A stretch of DNA of 64,000 nt, from the NCBI RefSeq assembly GCF_964204645.1, contig NC_134029.1, positions 8,396,850 to 8,460,849 on the forward strand. The letters run 5' to 3'. The DNA comes from Tubulanus polymorphus (Eukaryota > Animalia > Nemertea). Shown here in pieces: positions 53,201 through 64,000 of the stretch. Under the pieces are notes generated by a model, which saw only the letters and a program-made list of their open reading frames with translations, did no database searches and was not told the DNA's origin. Position 1 is the first letter of the stretch, and every line of letters begins with the position of its first letter. The translations under genes and the position numbers were made by a program.

Positions 53201-54009
53201 AATTCGGGCACATGGCTAATTAGCATATCAAGGTCACACACCCGATTTGGTAAAACCTTTTTTTCGCGAACCTTGCGCAATTGTCAAGGATGAATTTTCT
53301 GTAGAGCAAATAAAAATTCCTCCCAAACACCAAAACAACTAAAGATTTCATAGAAATCGATCTTGAAATACAATTTTAAATCTTAAAATAAAACCCGGAA
53401 GTAAAACAGTAGACGATACCGCGGATTCACGTGAACACCTGATTTCTGAAACGAAATGTTGGTTGTGACAAAATTGTCCAGACGGTTTTAGGTGGTAATA
53501 AGTACGGAAACGTAACGACCATGGTCGACTTATTCGATGAAATCAGGCCTATGTGATATCCAAATTTTGACTTTTTTATTCTTCAGACCTCCCTGATGAT
53601 ATAGAAATAAAAAATTTTGGTGGTACGAAAGTGCAATCACAGCGCCGACGGGGACAGAGCCGTGTCAGAGATCGGCGGAGTGAAAATTGAGGTGGACGAA
53701 CACGAAGAAGTAGGCTATTGCGCTACTTGAATCACGAAAACTCCTGGCGCGGCCCTGACGCTTTTTTCGTTGATTAAGTAATACAAATATCATGCAATGG
53801 GTTTTCACAATCTACCGCTGGTATTTACCGGATTTCAATATCACTCCAAAATTCAAAGAAACCTCGAAATATCGAACTGGAACACTTCCGGTAGATATCC
53901 GCGGCTGCCCAACCGGGAAACTTATTTGTTTCAATAGATATTGATAGGATCCATCATCTTCACCCGTCAAGGGATTCGAACCCACTAAGCTAAAGCCATG
54001 CCAGAATCG

Positions 54010-54240
54010 GGTCGGGCCAATCACAGCGCTTGTTACAAACCACATTAGGCTTCTGTGGAATTTCCCAGTAAATGGGCCAATCAGCGAACACGTAGCGAAC
54101 GCGGAAGTATTATCGCGTGTTGATACATGACGTCATGCGCAAAAGCGCCAGTAATGAAATCGCAATAATTCACGTGAACAGCTGCTGATATTTTCAGATA
54201 AACCAATCACAGGGAAGACACAACTTCCTGATTGGCTGAT
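54010..54240. promoter_or_regulatory. Promoter-like cluster of transcription-factor motifs
   Basis: CCAATCA at 54017, 54077 and 54203 plus an inverted copy at ~54229, GGAATTTCCC at 54057-54066, CGGAAGT at 54102, CATGACGTCATG at 54126-54137, TTCACGTGAA at 54169-54178. Confidence 0.4.
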
Positions 54241-54453
54241 AAAAATTGAAATTTTCCCGATTTAACTTTCGTGAAAAATGCAGAAAACATTTTTATGAGA
54301 CCCTATTTCAAAATTCTGCTCGCTACGATTCCGAGAATGGATTACGCTTAAATACGTGATTTGTTCGAATATGCCCTCACTTGGCAAGCAAAAGAGCCTT
54401 TTGTGTGGAAACCATGTCATTTAAATTCGCTCCATTTGTATAGTAATAGGCTC

Positions 54454-54626
54454 AATAATAATAATAATCATCTGAAAATTTGTATAGCACCTGTTTCATC
54501 TAAAAAAAGTTCACCAGCGCTTTAAGATTAGTGAAAGTTGCATATATACAGTCCATACGCTTTGCAGAAAAGCGGGTGTTTCAGCCTGTGTTTAAATGTG
54601 TTCAAATCGTCAATTTTTCGAATCTC
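54454..54626 (-). mobile_element. L2 LINE 3' end (reverse)
   Basis: Minus strand reads EIRKIDDLNTFKHRLKHPLFCKAYGL, then a 3' UTR AAAGCGCT...GTGCTATACAAAT and an (ATT)n tail. Confidence 0.75.
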
Positions 54627-54637
54627 AAGAATCCGAC

Positions 54638-54836
54638 GAGACGATTTGGCCTGGGTTAAATTTGCACGGATCGGCCCGAGCCAAATTTGGCCAGTGCCTA
54701 ATTATAGAGGGCGTTCACGTGTAAACCACTCACTCAAACAAAGCGAAGTCAGTCATTTCTGGAAGCAGTTTGCAAGTCAATAGCAATCATTTTTCCTGTG
54801 CCAACCCGGGCCAAAAATGCATGCGCGATCCCAGCT
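54638..54836 (-). mobile_element. Family A MITE, internally deleted
   Basis: GAGACGATTTGGCCTGG...CCGGGCCAAAAATGCATGCGCGATCCCAGCT. Confidence 0.75.
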
Positions 54837-55138
54837 ACTGTTCTTCAGGATTACGAGATATTTGTTCCCAAGTAACCCGGCTAGTTCTTTGAAATGAGCT
54901 CTGCCGTATCAACACCTTTGCCTTCATTAACACGTTTACACTGTACATGCACAGCGAGAATATCCAATTAGTTGATACCCAGTGCTAATGAGAACTGCGC
55001 CTTGTTTCTTGAAAACTGTTATTAAACTGTTTTTGTTTTTCGAAAAAACTTGAAGTACACTGAAAAACTTATCATATCGTTAATTGGGAACCAGATTGAC
55101 AGTAAGAACCATTGAATCATGTGTATCATCGAGTCTAA

Positions 55139-55378
55139 AGCCACGATCAACAAGCATTGTTGGCCTGTGCCAAATTAGGCCCAAAACAACTGTTCACAAA
55201 GGTGCCAAATGGGCCCTGCGTGTTTGGCCCGATCAAAAACGTTGGACCAGAACTGAACCAAATTTCAGCATGGGTCAAATTATTGTAAGTGAAAGTGCCA
55301 TATTATTTATTGTAAGTGAACATGCTCTCTAAGCACTGGCCAAATTTGCCTAGGACCTGATCAGGGCCGAATCGTCCA
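55139..55378 (+). mobile_element. Family A MITE
   Basis: AGCCACGATCAACAAGCATTGTTGGCC...GGGCCGAATCGTC. Confidence 0.75.
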
Positions 55379-56233
55379 TTTCTTTTTCATAAAATTCTAT
55401 GATTATTTCATTAAAAAGATTTTTAGTATTGAAGTTCGTACGCACGCTCATTCATAATACTGATAACCCAGACTATAGCAAAAGCTATCATAATTAGGAA
55501 GTTCATTCATGTGTATATTTATGTGTGTGTATGGTATGTGCATATTGTAATTTCATTCTACGATCCTGTAATTATGTAAGAATTTATTTTGCAAAATAAA
55601 AATTCAATCATTCATATATGCATATGACAAATTCCTTCTGGCTGCTGAGCTCTATGGCATGATTGGAGACTCCGTTCCGTTTTTAGACTCGAAAAGCTTC
55701 CATTTTTCCTATCGCCAACTAAAATACGATACATTTGGAAAATCATATTACTAGGTCGAATAGGGAAACTATCCCACCATCAATTCTTGTTCCGATCGTT
55801 TTCCTCCACATTACGCAATTTCTCCGAATAAGCGTCTAGTGCCTAATCTCTCTACGCGCCGCGCACGACTGTCAACAATGTGAGATATCTCCACGGTGAC
55901 GACGACGACAAAAACGGCATTGACGACCGACCGACGTAAGTGCATCTCGTTTTAATTGCTTTCGCCGAATAACGATACATCTCTTGTAATTAAGTGTCAT
56001 AACTAACCACGTTACGATATCAGTCAGCCACCGAAGAAATTCCCATTGATGACTACTGCGCAGGCTGCTACAAATCAGGTTTTTTGCCTACGAAAAGATG
56101 TTGAGCCGTCGTCGTTACGCGTATAATACGAGATGGCATCTAAAGAATAAGCTCGACCAACCCCCGCATTCCAACCATTGCGGGGATTCGGGTTAACAGG
56201 ATTAATACCTACTGATAAATTTTTGCATGCTGA

Positions 56234-56480
56234 CTTTCAGTGCTTATTGTTACCCTAGAGTGCTGGAGATAATCTGACAATTTGAAAAATTTCACCCCAG
56301 GCATACCGCAGGATCTACGCCGCATGCGGTGTATCATCAGTTACTAATATTCAAACATGTTTTACAGGTGCTGCCATCTTTCAATAGTGACAAAAAGTAA
56401 TTACATTGATACGCTGCATCACTTAGCAAAGTTTATCACCGATTATCTATAAGCCACACTGTTGTGTCGACGCGCTAAAA
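56234..56480 (+). mobile_element. Family B MITE, decayed ends
   Basis: CTTTCAGTGC...AGTGCTGGAGATAAT...ACAGGTGCTGCCATCTTTCAATAG. Confidence 0.7.
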
Positions 56481-56620
56481 TTGTCAACTTTGTATCAAAT
56501 CAAATGTGAAAGCAGGTAGTACTGAGTAGGTTACCTTGATTTCATTTGAAAGTACAAGCTTTCACGACTGGTGCATATACTAACTTCATCACGTAAATGA
56601 AGTAAATTACTCATAAACTG

Positions 56621-57155
56621 CCATGACATGATTCTACATATGCTACCATTGCAAGGATTCGAAGATTCAGCCATGGCATGATTCTACATATCCTACCCAT
56701 TGCTCGGATTCAAGCAAGCAACCATGGCATGATTCTACATATCCTCCTCATTGCAGAGATTCAAACATTCAGCCATGGCATGATTCTACATATCCTACCC
56801 ATTGCTCGGATTCAAGCAAGCAACCATGGCATGATTCTACATATCCTCCTCATTGCAGAGATTCAAACATTCAGCCATGGCATGATTCTACATATCCTAC
56901 CCATTGCTCGGATTCAAGCAAGCAACCATGGCATGATTCTACATATCCTCCTCATTGCAGAGATTCAAACATTCAGCCATGGCATGATTCTACATATCCT
57001 ACCCATTGCAGAGATTCAAACATTCAGCCATGGCATGATTCTACATATCCTATCCATTGCTGGGATTCAAACATTCAGCCATGGAATGTTTCTACATATC
57101 CTACCCATTGCTGGGATTCAAAACGTTCAACCATGGCATGATTCTACATATCCTT
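56621..57155. repeat. 51-bp minisatellite, ~10.5 copies, with a 102-bp A/B higher-order repeat
   Basis: CCATGGCATGATTCTACATATCCT... starts at 56671, 56722, 56773, 56824 and so on. Confidence 0.97.
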
Positions 57156-57932
57156 CTCAAGGAGCTCTACACAATACAGCAGGTTAGAAAAAATCAGCAG
57201 CGTGTAAATTACATAAATATTTGATTTGTGACCATAGATGAGCCTTGTACATAAATACCATGTGATTAAATAAGAATCATTGATTGGCTATAACTTAATG
57301 ACGGATCTTATAGAACAAAACACATTCTATTACTACGATCTAATCGTTGATAGCCAACAGTTTTAGCAGTCGTAAGAGCACCCAAGTCGGCAGCTGAATT
57401 TTTTTAGAAAAGGAGTCCACGATCTCACATCCGAAGAGCGAACTGAACTAGACTTAACGATGTCCCCCAGGTCGGCTTAGCTTTATATTAGCAACTATAG
57501 CAAATACTCAGTATATATACAATGTAGCCCCCCCCCCCGACAGATGGTTGCCGTTCACATACAAAAATCCTAATGTACGTAATCGTCCTTCGAGTCAAAA
57601 TGTCTTCCGATAACACTGCCCAGGAAGCCAGCAGTGTCAAACAGTAGGCTCTAGTATCGGCTGCAATTACTTTAAAAGGTCTCGCATTGATTGATTAAGT
57701 GTTTCACTCAACAGGTAACTCGCCGCCGTCGTCAGCCGTGTGTCATTCCATTGTACAGTTGAGATAAAGACACCTGAAACTGTACGTGCCGCCGCATAAA
57801 ATCCGGAAATCTCACTCGAAGTAAAACAAGCAATTAACTGAATGAAAACACGTCAAAACGAGCTCTCGTCGTCTACTGCGTTGTTTAGTGTACGAATACG
57901 CGTCAAATGTTAATAAGCATCCAATTACCGAA

Positions 57933-58160
57933 AAACATGAGCCCCAAGGGGCACTATAGCCAGCCCGTCAGCTTCTCATAAAATGACAAATGATGCATTC
58001 TGTGGGTTATGTTTGTCAAAATACATTCCAAGCTCAGGGACGATACCTATAATTTACACAGTACAATCGTGTTTCCATAAGTACCACAGACAGGGTGCTG
58101 GCAGGAACAAATACCTCAGATCAATCTTTCCACAGGGGCCTAACACGAGTATCCCTCATG
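57933..58160 (+). mobile_element. HINE-like 5' fragment
   Basis: AACATGAGCCCCAAGGGGCAC...GCCAGCC.GTCAG...CTGTGGGTTAT.TTT.TCAA is shared with 52316-52465. Confidence 0.65.
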
Positions 58161-58161
58161 T

Positions 58162-58249
58162 CAAAAGGTTTTTGACCCGTTTCCTAGGTACTATATATAA
58201 AACCTCTTTTTATATATAGTACCAGGATACTGGGGTCAAAAACCTTTTG
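58162..58249. repeat. 88-bp near-perfect inverted repeat (hairpin/cruciform)
   Basis: 17-bp outer arms CAAAAGGTTTTTGACCC / GGGTCAAAAACCTTTTG and 16-bp inner arms GGTACTATATATAAAA / TTTTATATATAGTACC, with a 5-nt loop. Confidence 0.9.
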
Positions 58250-61200
58250 TATCAGGCGCGTGATCTTTTCCCTCGGTCTTATTGATTTGAATGCGGAATA
58301 GAATTGAATTGGATTTTCTGATATTTGCTCAATAAAACAAAATTGAATTGGATTTGATGTTTTATTTGTTCAATAAAGTAAAATTGAATTGGCTTTTACT
58401 TGGGCGCGAGCCAAATTTGACTTGGGCCTAATCCGTGCAAGTGTTGTACTGCTAAGATAAGCAAAACCATCCACGCGAATCTGTCAACAAGTCGACAACT
58501 CTGACTGTAATTTCGTCCTCGACGTCATCAATGTCCTCATTTGCACTGATCGTGTAATTATGGCTATGACAGATTTGATAAACGAAGGCTGATCCAGCAA
58601 TTAGTCACCTAATCACTGGCCAGTTGTATGAGGTACGATGACTCCTCGCGCACATATATATGCATGTGGCTGGACGACGTTTTACGGTGAACTCTTCTAA
58701 AAATTGAACATCGAATGAACGCGGTGAATCCGAATATTCATGAAATGTTCATCACCCCTTCTATAGCAACCGTCGTTTGTTAGTAAATATGAGATTACGG
58801 ACATCAACATTCGAAGGACATTCTGATCATAAGCCGCCGAATCGGAATGCCACACGATGACATCGGAAAATCACAAATAGGCGACTAACTAAACTAGATT
58901 AACACCTTCAGAATAATTGCCATGTAAGACAAGATCCATTCCTACTACTACTGTACTGTCCGGCACACATGCTCTCCATAAGACGTTTCAATCAGCAATT
59001 TCATTGATACTCAGATGACCTCCCTTAATTATGCATCTTGTCCACCGCCTAATAATTACGCATTAGTTTGTGTAGTAAGGATTTCGCATTCAGAAATGTA
59101 CTAAGAATCCTCATTAGATCTTTTTCATTTCTGCCTAGCGTACACTCGCGTAATGTTGGAAAAAAACTGCATCTGTAAACCAAAATGTGGCCCGGCCTAC
59201 TGGATGAATTGACGATTATGTCATAGCTCTGTGTCCACGTGTCCTTGGAAGTGATTTTTCTACGGGTGCCCGAGCGTAGGCCGCGTAAACAATCACCGTT
59301 AGATCTCAACAAAAACACGGAAGATCAAGCGATTACAGACGAAATCACGGATCGAAACGTCGCACGGAGGGGTTGAGTGACAGGCAGTAGAAACCAACTG
59401 TCATTCCACCGAATATGATTTTATCGATCCTGTTTACCCGATGTATGAATATCAAAAGCTTAAGATCGAAATTTAGATTACGTAAGACACCACCACATAA
59501 GGAGCAAAAGTCACAGAGACAAAATTCGGATTTCCCCTGTAGTACAACTAGACATTCACAACTACTTTTGGAAATTTCTTTATCGCTCGGCATCATATAA
59601 GTTTCTTATGCTGGTTTTCCACGACACGGGTGTGTACGCAGAGGCAGCCTCTGGATGCGGGAATTTTACAAATGGCTCAAAATAACAATAAATCCCGATC
59701 TACGAAAAAGCATAAGCATAAAAAATTTTTCACTGTTGCGCTTGAAACAATGGCAATCAAACCAAACAGTAACAGTTCAACTTTTATTGTGAAAACGAGA
59801 CCCTGATGAAAATTACGAGATACAAATGTCAACCATTTCATTCAAGCTTCCGCGTTCAAATGTCACCAGTTTAGCAAAGCAGTTAAGTTTTTCTTCAATT
59901 TCTAAAATCGATCCAGTCGCGGTTCAATTTAAATCATATTTTCAGCAGAAAGTCTTGACAGTGTACGATATAGCCGTTGATGTATATATTTATCAGATAC
60001 AGGCTTCAAGCATATTTTCAAGAAAAAAAGAGATCTACATACATATATGTATATATACTTAATTCATCAATAAAATACCATTAGCCGTAGTGCAAGTTTC
60101 CGCGCGACAACGTGACACAATTGTCGATGTCGCGTTTTCAGTCCATTTATCTTTTTAGACTAAAAAGGAAAATTATCTTCACTTCTTCACTGACAACCAG
60201 ACAGAAGATGAAGATGACCATGTGCATTAGTGTAGGGTGCTTCTTTTTATTTTGGGAAACGAGACATATATTACGGGCCTTTTTGTTATCAACATAATAT
60301 GAGGGCAAATGCAAGCAACACTCCCTTAAGACAGTTACCATTTTAGTGTGAAGTATCATCTGATGAAAAAGTTTTAGTCCATTTATAAATTTACTAATTC
60401 ATTTTCGATTAAAGATGTCTTAATGCAAAAAACAAGTGAAGCTTTGACGGTCAAAAATTGGATGGGTGGTGATAATCTGAGGGGGAGGGGGCAAGGCTGC
60501 TTGCCAATACCTGCACCCTTCAAAAACTAAGTTTCTGGCTTTTTGTGCCTCCCGCAATTCTTGTCATTGATGTCTGTTAGAATAGCCGCGATCACACTAG
60601 CATTTTTGGCCCGGGCCAAAGAATCTAGTCCAGTCCTTGAAACGTGTCGCATTTCGATGAATTGACACGTGTATCATCTGCTATATGATATACGATATAT
60701 AGATGGCAATGAAACCTTGTTTTTGGACTGTCATTCGTTGCCTTCATATCGTATTTCAAATCTCAAGCCCCATCTGTCATATCGATGGTAAGATTCTGCT
60801 CCATTATCCATTTTCGGCCCTATTCCAGGGTGCCACCGCTGCTGCAATGCTACTGCCGCAATTGAGAAACCATTCGGCGTACTAGTGTGCACTAAAACAT
60901 CGATTTCTTCTCAAATTCAATTATTGTGATTCATACTGGTAACCGATTGAATACCGAATTCGATCAATTACCAAATTCTTGTGCACACTTATCAAGCCAT
61001 TGAAAAATCTGCACCACACGCTACCTTTCCGAACTCGTTGCCATTTACAGTCCATGTTGCACGCTCAGATCAGCGAACAAAGTATCATTAATTGTCCCCT
61101 TATCAAAATCGGACTGTTTCACTCGTGGAGAAGCTATCAGTCGTTAACAAATTCGTCTTATCAGTCCTGGAATCATGGGTTTGTTGGTCTAAGGATATTC

Positions 61201-61616
61201 TACCCCTTGATTGCAAAAAAGAAACCTTGAACCATGGACTTACATTAAGAGTCCTTGCTTTAACCCAAACCTGACTGCAGTAGCACTCAGCTAGTCAAGG
61301 GACAAAAAATCCATTCATGGCAAAAATATGAAGGCCATACGAGCGGCACGGCGAATGTTAATTTCGACCTTCAAATGGGACCACATCAACGATCCCGCGA
61401 GTATAAACTACGTCGATTAATTTTGACCTTTGACGTTGATTTAATTTCGCTACGTTTCAATCTGACAAAATTACATTTCAATCCGACAACATCACGCTAG
61501 CATCGACCTGTGCGATTACACATGATACTCCATTAATCTATTCCGCTCAATGTACATACAATAATGTGGGATTGTCTTTTTAAACGTCATTAGTGACAAA
61601 TGTTCATATGCAAATT

Positions 61617-61686
61617 AGCCGCAATCACACGAGCAGATTTGTCCCGCGCTAAGCCTGGGCCAAATGGTCTCCGTGTGATCGCAGCT
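61617..61686 (+). mobile_element. 70-bp mini family A element with ATT on both sides
   Basis: ATT|AGCCGCAATCACACG...CGTGTGATCGCAGCT|ATT. Further family A fragments lie at ~61729-61892 and ~63046-63162. Confidence 0.8.
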
Positions 61687-62091
61687 ATTATGTCCATCCT
61701 ATCCCATCTTATGTCCATCACATAAGAATCTTTGGTCTGGGCCAAATTTTAGCACATGTTACATTATTGTGTGTGAATTGCTACTGGTTCCAGAAAAGAC
61801 CCACTTCACTTAAGCATTGTTTAGTATCAAGTGAGTGGTTTACGTATGAACGTGCTGTCTTATTAGCCATGGGTCAAATTCGGCTCAAATCATCTTTGGG
61901 AGACCACGGCTCTGCTCTCACGAAGACAACTCATGGGCAAACTCATTGCAAAGCCGATGATAACCAGCGAATAACCCCTGAACTTTTGTGCCGTAGATAC
62001 CACTTTTACTTAAACTTGTACACCGAAGATCAAAGTTAATGGATCCACCGATATAGAAAAAAAAAAACCGCAACGCTGAAAACAGAAACTA

Positions 62092-62343
62092 AACTTTATC
62101 TTCTTCCGTTTCCATGATCTAAATCCATTCCATTAGCAAAAATTCTGTTTCTAAATTGTCTTACTGCACTATGACATCCTTCCCAGATGGAGTTTTCCAA
62201 TTTCGAGAATGCCAAACGGCCACATAACTAAATCCATTATATGTACGATAAAAATCATCTGATCCTGGAATAGGCTTATTTCTGTACAACAGAATAGGTT
62301 TATGGATTTTCTCAATTTCAGGAGAAATGTCCGAGCAATGCGA
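62092..62343 (-). pseudogene. Possible decayed RNase H1-like coding fragment
   Basis: 62238-62173 (minus) reads NGFSYVAVWHSRNWKTPSGKDV, resembling the NG...W...W...WKT..GK.V segment of RNase HI. A downstream HGN... resembles GNE.AD after a frameshift. Stops are present. Confidence 0.35.
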
Positions 62344-62721
62344 CAACAACACTCGCGCTCAACTTAAGACCAGTCTAACATAAAAAAGTGAAAAAGATTT
62401 CGTCCCACAACAGAATTTTATGGGATGAAATCTATAAAAATGAAACCACAACGTTTTGGTTGTTGATTAACAGCCATCGTCAGGTGGAACTGGACTATGC
62501 CTTGCACCCAACAATACACTCTCCCCTAGGAAGCGATGGACCGCATATCTGCAGCACATCTTCACAATTTTCAAATTTCCAATACTGCCGTTAGTGACCT
62601 CATGATCATCATTCATATAATATCATATCCCACAACTATATATCTGCAAGACATCTTCATCAGCAATTGTTTCATTTAGAAGTTTATCTGACATCATCTT
62701 TTTCATGTATAAAGCATCAAA

Positions 62722-62928
62722 GAAAACGGCTGCCAGTCAGCCATCTTGGATCCAACCATAAGATAAAATGTAGGCGCACAACTACGTATTCACAAAAACA
62801 TATGTGTTAAGTTACAAGTAGGGAGAGCCAGTAGTTTAGGCGATCTCTGGATAAGATTGTGTCCACTGATGGACGCTGGACTAGCTGACTCCAGCATACC
62901 CCCTACACTTTGTTGCAAGGGGTGTTAT
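62722..62928 (+). mobile_element. HINE-like 3' end
   Basis: GGCTGCCAGTCAGCCATCTTGGATC core (cf. 52927-52950), GATGGACG remnant, and a terminal hairpin CCAGCATACCCCCT...AAGGGGTGT. Confidence 0.55.
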
Positions 62929-64000
62929 GACCAGAAACAGAAGTAACAAAGCATATAAACCCACAATACATAAGCTGAAGCTATGCGTCAGAAAATTCGA
63001 TAATGCGATTTTGTTGCTTAGCTTCTAATGTACTGTGAGTTTGTATAGCCGGATCATACAGGCATTTTTAGCCAGGGCCCACGCTTGGCCCATGCCAAAT
63101 TAGGCCTGGAATAACTGTTCAAGCGGGTGCCAAATGGGCCTGTGCCTGTTTGGCCCAACCAGTTTAGTCGCACTATAGCGGTATACCCTGTATTCATTAA
63201 TTTTCAAATAATATTAATCAACATATAGTAATTTTCAAATTATCTCCAGCGCTTTCGATTAACTGAATTCATGATCAATCAGAGTTGACCCCTGGGTTAA
63301 AGTAAATGGTCGTGACTTAGGTTCAAAAGTGGTTTAAAATCTAACCGATGATCGATACAACAAAAACGAAACAAAATCCTGTCTCAATCGATGTACGTAT
63401 CTAACTTACGTAGATTTACCCTAATAATCATAGGTCGTCACTTAGAAGCCTCTCAAAGCTAATGAGATCTAAAGATTCAGCGAACGGGTATGGCTGTGAT
63501 TGAATGACAGAATTATCAACATTTTTATTTGGACTGTTTTAATTAACCCCATTTCACACTTCATAAATGTAATTGTGTCATCGGCAATCAGGATTTCTCG
63601 TGGTAGTAATTTCTTTACGATGTATTATCCGAATACTGCAGATACAGTGATACACATTTCAAGTGAAAGTACATACATTTAAGAAAAAGAGTATTTACGA
63701 AAAGTAGCCCGAGCAGTGAGACATATGATGTTCACACGCTCTCGAGCGAGATTGCCATAAAATTGGCAACTCAGTCGTAAAGGCGAAGGTGTTACACAAG
63801 ATATCATTTAATATCCAAAAAAACATCAGCTGCAGAATGCGCGCCAAGCAAAAAATACAAATCTATCCATAAGCACAGGCAACCACCGATAGGCTACCAT
63901 AAAGCTTCGAGGCGTTTTTGCGCCTATACGGTGATGTTGATGATGATTATTCGAGTGGAGCGCTGTGCAGTTCGAAAATAAGGGATGAAAAAATTGCCGC

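Noticed and set aside
56678-57187. 169-aa repeat protein
   Set aside because: It coincides exactly with the 51-bp array and has no unique domain or splice context.
58715-58732. ACGCGGTGAAT matching part of miR-124
   Set aside because: The seed TAAGGC is missing and there is no precursor arm.
58975-59020. Minus-strand hammerhead candidate (GAAACGTC present)
   Set aside because: The upstream core reads CTGAGTA rather than CTGAnGA, and helix I is not supported. Other isolated CTGATGA words (~21617, ~32322, ~41441, ~53592, ~59803) lack a helix II plus GAAA.
62395-62432. Hairpin AGATTTCGTCCCA...TGGGATGAAATCT as a miRNA or terminator
   Set aside because: It is too short for a pre-miRNA, and intrinsic terminators are not relevant in this eukaryotic context.

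Overview
AT-rich, apparently non-coding window from a eukaryotic genome, most likely an invertebrate metazoan (inferred from its repeat types). I found no intact protein-coding gene, rRNA, intact tRNA or CRISPR array, and the long ORFs in the track are by-products of tandem repeats. Short CpG-rich unique segments alternate with clusters of small non-autonomous transposons. These include a very abundant PIF/Harbinger-type MITE family (about 20 copies or fragments), a CTG-target Harbinger-type family, a TTAA-flanked piggyBac-type MITE, GGATCC-type and hAT-like MITEs, and Helentron/HINE-like elements with internal tandem repeats. There are also 3' ends and fragments of RTE-X and L2 LINEs and several satellites (28, 31, 51 and 155 bp units). 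The most notable items are: (i) a tandem dimer of a 135-bp unit carrying a minimal type-I hammerhead ribozyme motif (Penelope/retrozyme-like), with a third decayed copy 28 kb away; (ii) a nested HINE-like composite whose 155-bp internal repeats each carry a near-consensus CTCF motif in the same orientation, followed by YY1-like motifs; (iii) an inverted-repeat-bounded element filled entirely with microsatellite; (iv) an orphan promoter-like motif cluster; (v) a decayed RNase H1-like fragment. All alignments were done by eye, so boundaries of decayed repeats are approximate.
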